Shown: piece by piece, positions 55,999-56,993 of the stretch
Numbering within the stretch: the stretch's first letter is position 1
How the letters are laid out: each line of letters starts with the position of its first letter
Assembly: GCA_045542755.1 (NCBI GenBank)
Contig: JAZQLP010000013.1
Location: 1 to 56,993 of the forward strand
Length of the DNA stretch: 56,993 nucleotides
Direction: 5' to 3'
Source: Eubacteriales bacterium
GTDB taxonomy: Bacteria; Bacillota; Clostridia; Oscillospirales; UBA644
The notes under the pieces: model-generated
Told to the model about the DNA's origin: nothing
Databases searched by the model: none
Seen by the model: the letters and a program-made list of their open reading frames with translations, nothing else
Program-made: the position numbers and the translations under genes

Positions 55999-56993
55999 TT
56001 AGCCCTCCATTTTAGCGAGGCGAATGGCCTCTTCTATAATTTCTGTCTTGTATCTCATGTCGTCGGTGACGAACTGGTAGTCCTGCAGTTTTTTGCGCAA
56101 ATCTTCAGCTTTTTCTTCCGTTATTTCACCGCAAGTGCGGAGGACTGTATGTATAATTCCTCCCGTTACGGGCTCAAACTCGGGATATACGAATTCCATG
56201 TCGGGGAACTCTGTAAGAACGAGACCAGCAAAGTGGTCTATCATAAGGTTTGATACCTTCCATCCACCGCCTGCTACGGTGAATTTCATTCCCTTGGGAA
56301 TATCGTGCTTTTTCAGTAGGGTTATGGCCTGCTCCGCCATCAGCTCTGCAGCCTGTATTATTATGTCGCGAGCAACCTCGTCTCCTTCCCACATAGCTCG
56401 GGAAAGGCTTTTTGTAGCAGATGCTATATCCTTTCTCTGGTTGGGGCTTCTGTACAGCTTTACTACTTTTCTGATGTTCTTTCCGTAGCCGTATTGCTGG
56501 GGAATAAGGGCTTCCAGAAGGCTCTTTTTTCCTCTTCCGTCATAGGAACGGAGTGCGCCTCTGATAGCTTCGCATCCCATCCAATATCCGCTGCCCTCGT
56601 CGCCGAAAGCCGCACCCCATCCGCCTATCATATCATAGCTGTCGGAATCCTTGTTAAGAAAACAGTCGGAGCCTGTGCCCGAGAGAGCCAAAAGTCCGTC
56701 TCCTGTAAGGGAGCTTGCAAGCTGTCCGACAGCACCCTCCGAAAGGTGAACTATATTTTTAGTATTGGTCTTTTGGTTGAGGATTTCAATAAAATCGTCG
56801 GTGGGTCCCGCAATGGTGACGTATACGTGGTCAAAGCTGTATTTTCCGTTTTCGTCGGGCTTTTCCTTAAGTCCCGAAAGAAGCCCGTCAAGGCACTCTT
56901 TTATGGTGTTTACCACATCTTCTTTAGTGGCAAAATTGGGGTTTACAGTCGAGCCTTTTCCCACGGAAACTATACTGCCGTCCTCTGTGAAGG
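55999..56993 (-). CDS. BadF/BadG/BcrA/BcrD-type ATPase, N-acetylglucosamine kinase-like (5' end beyond window)
   Basis: GGWGAAFGDEGSGYWMG motif. The reading frame stays open to the window edge (…FTEDGSIVSVGKGSTVNPN…), so the listed Met at 56964 is internal. Confidence 0.75.
   Translation of the reverse strand, partial: FTEDGSIVSVGKGSTVNPNFATKEDVVNTIKECLDGLLSGLKEKPDENGKYSFDHVYVTIAGPTDDFIEILNQKTNTKNIVHLSEGAVGQLASSLTGDGLLALSGTGSDCFLNKDSDSYDMIGGWGAAFGDEGSGYWMGCEAIRGALRSYDGRGKKSLLEALIPQQYGYGKNIRKVVKLYRSPNQRKDIASATKSLSRAMWEGDEVARDIIIQAAELMAEQAITLLKKHDIPKGMKFTVAGGGWKVSNLMIDHFAGLVLTEFPDMEFVYPEFEPVTGGIIHTVLRTCGEITEEKAEDLRKKLQDYQFVTDDMRYKTEIIEEAIRLAKMEG

Overview
This 56,993-bp window is a chromosomal segment of a low-GC Gram-positive genome (Bacillota, Clostridia-like). 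It is almost wall-to-wall coding and mostly housekeeping. The lineage guess rests on Bacillus/Clostridium-type synteny (yaaO-holB-yaaT-yabB-yabC; recJ-relA-dtd-MBL-hemZ), an rnfCDGEAB operon and a clostridial 2x[4Fe-4S] ferredoxin. The plus-strand block holds a very large secreted-protein gene (143-4822). It is followed by a ~16-kb co-directional array: mreB, mreC, mreD, PBP2, a minD-like gene, an mgsA-like gene, hisS, aspS, an ABC / ABC-2 / GldG-like / DUF4340-like module and thrS. Then come rpsU, a yqeG-like phosphatase, a TIM-barrel protein and an Xaa-Pro peptidase. The minus-strand blocks are: hemZ-like, SGNH, MBL, dtd, relA, recJ; then pgm, TSCPD, rlmH, MBL, murA, M23 peptidase, rsmI, trmN6-like, ferredoxin, ricT, holB, PLP decarboxylase; then rnfCDGEAB; rpmB; and SIS plus a BadF-type kinase cut by the window end. 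I saw no rRNA, tRNA, CRISPR array, transposase, integrase or recognisable defence system. Three accessory-looking loci stand out. (1) A maximally expression-tuned 1,559-aa secreted protein with no domain I can name. (2) A 1.85-kb single-gene cassette encoding a sigma-70/ECF-like factor with a long C-terminal extension. It sits inside what looks like a former bidirectional terminator and is flanked by 18-bp direct repeats. (3) A 1,193-aa lipoprotein with five tandem Cys4/His-rich repeats fused to a PstS-like binding domain. Two real genes below the ORF-track cutoff (rpsU and a ferredoxin) and one candidate 51-aa membrane ORF were found by hand translation. Many gene-length antisense ORFs in the track are codon-bias artefacts. 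All product calls come from motif recognition by eye; no database search was possible.
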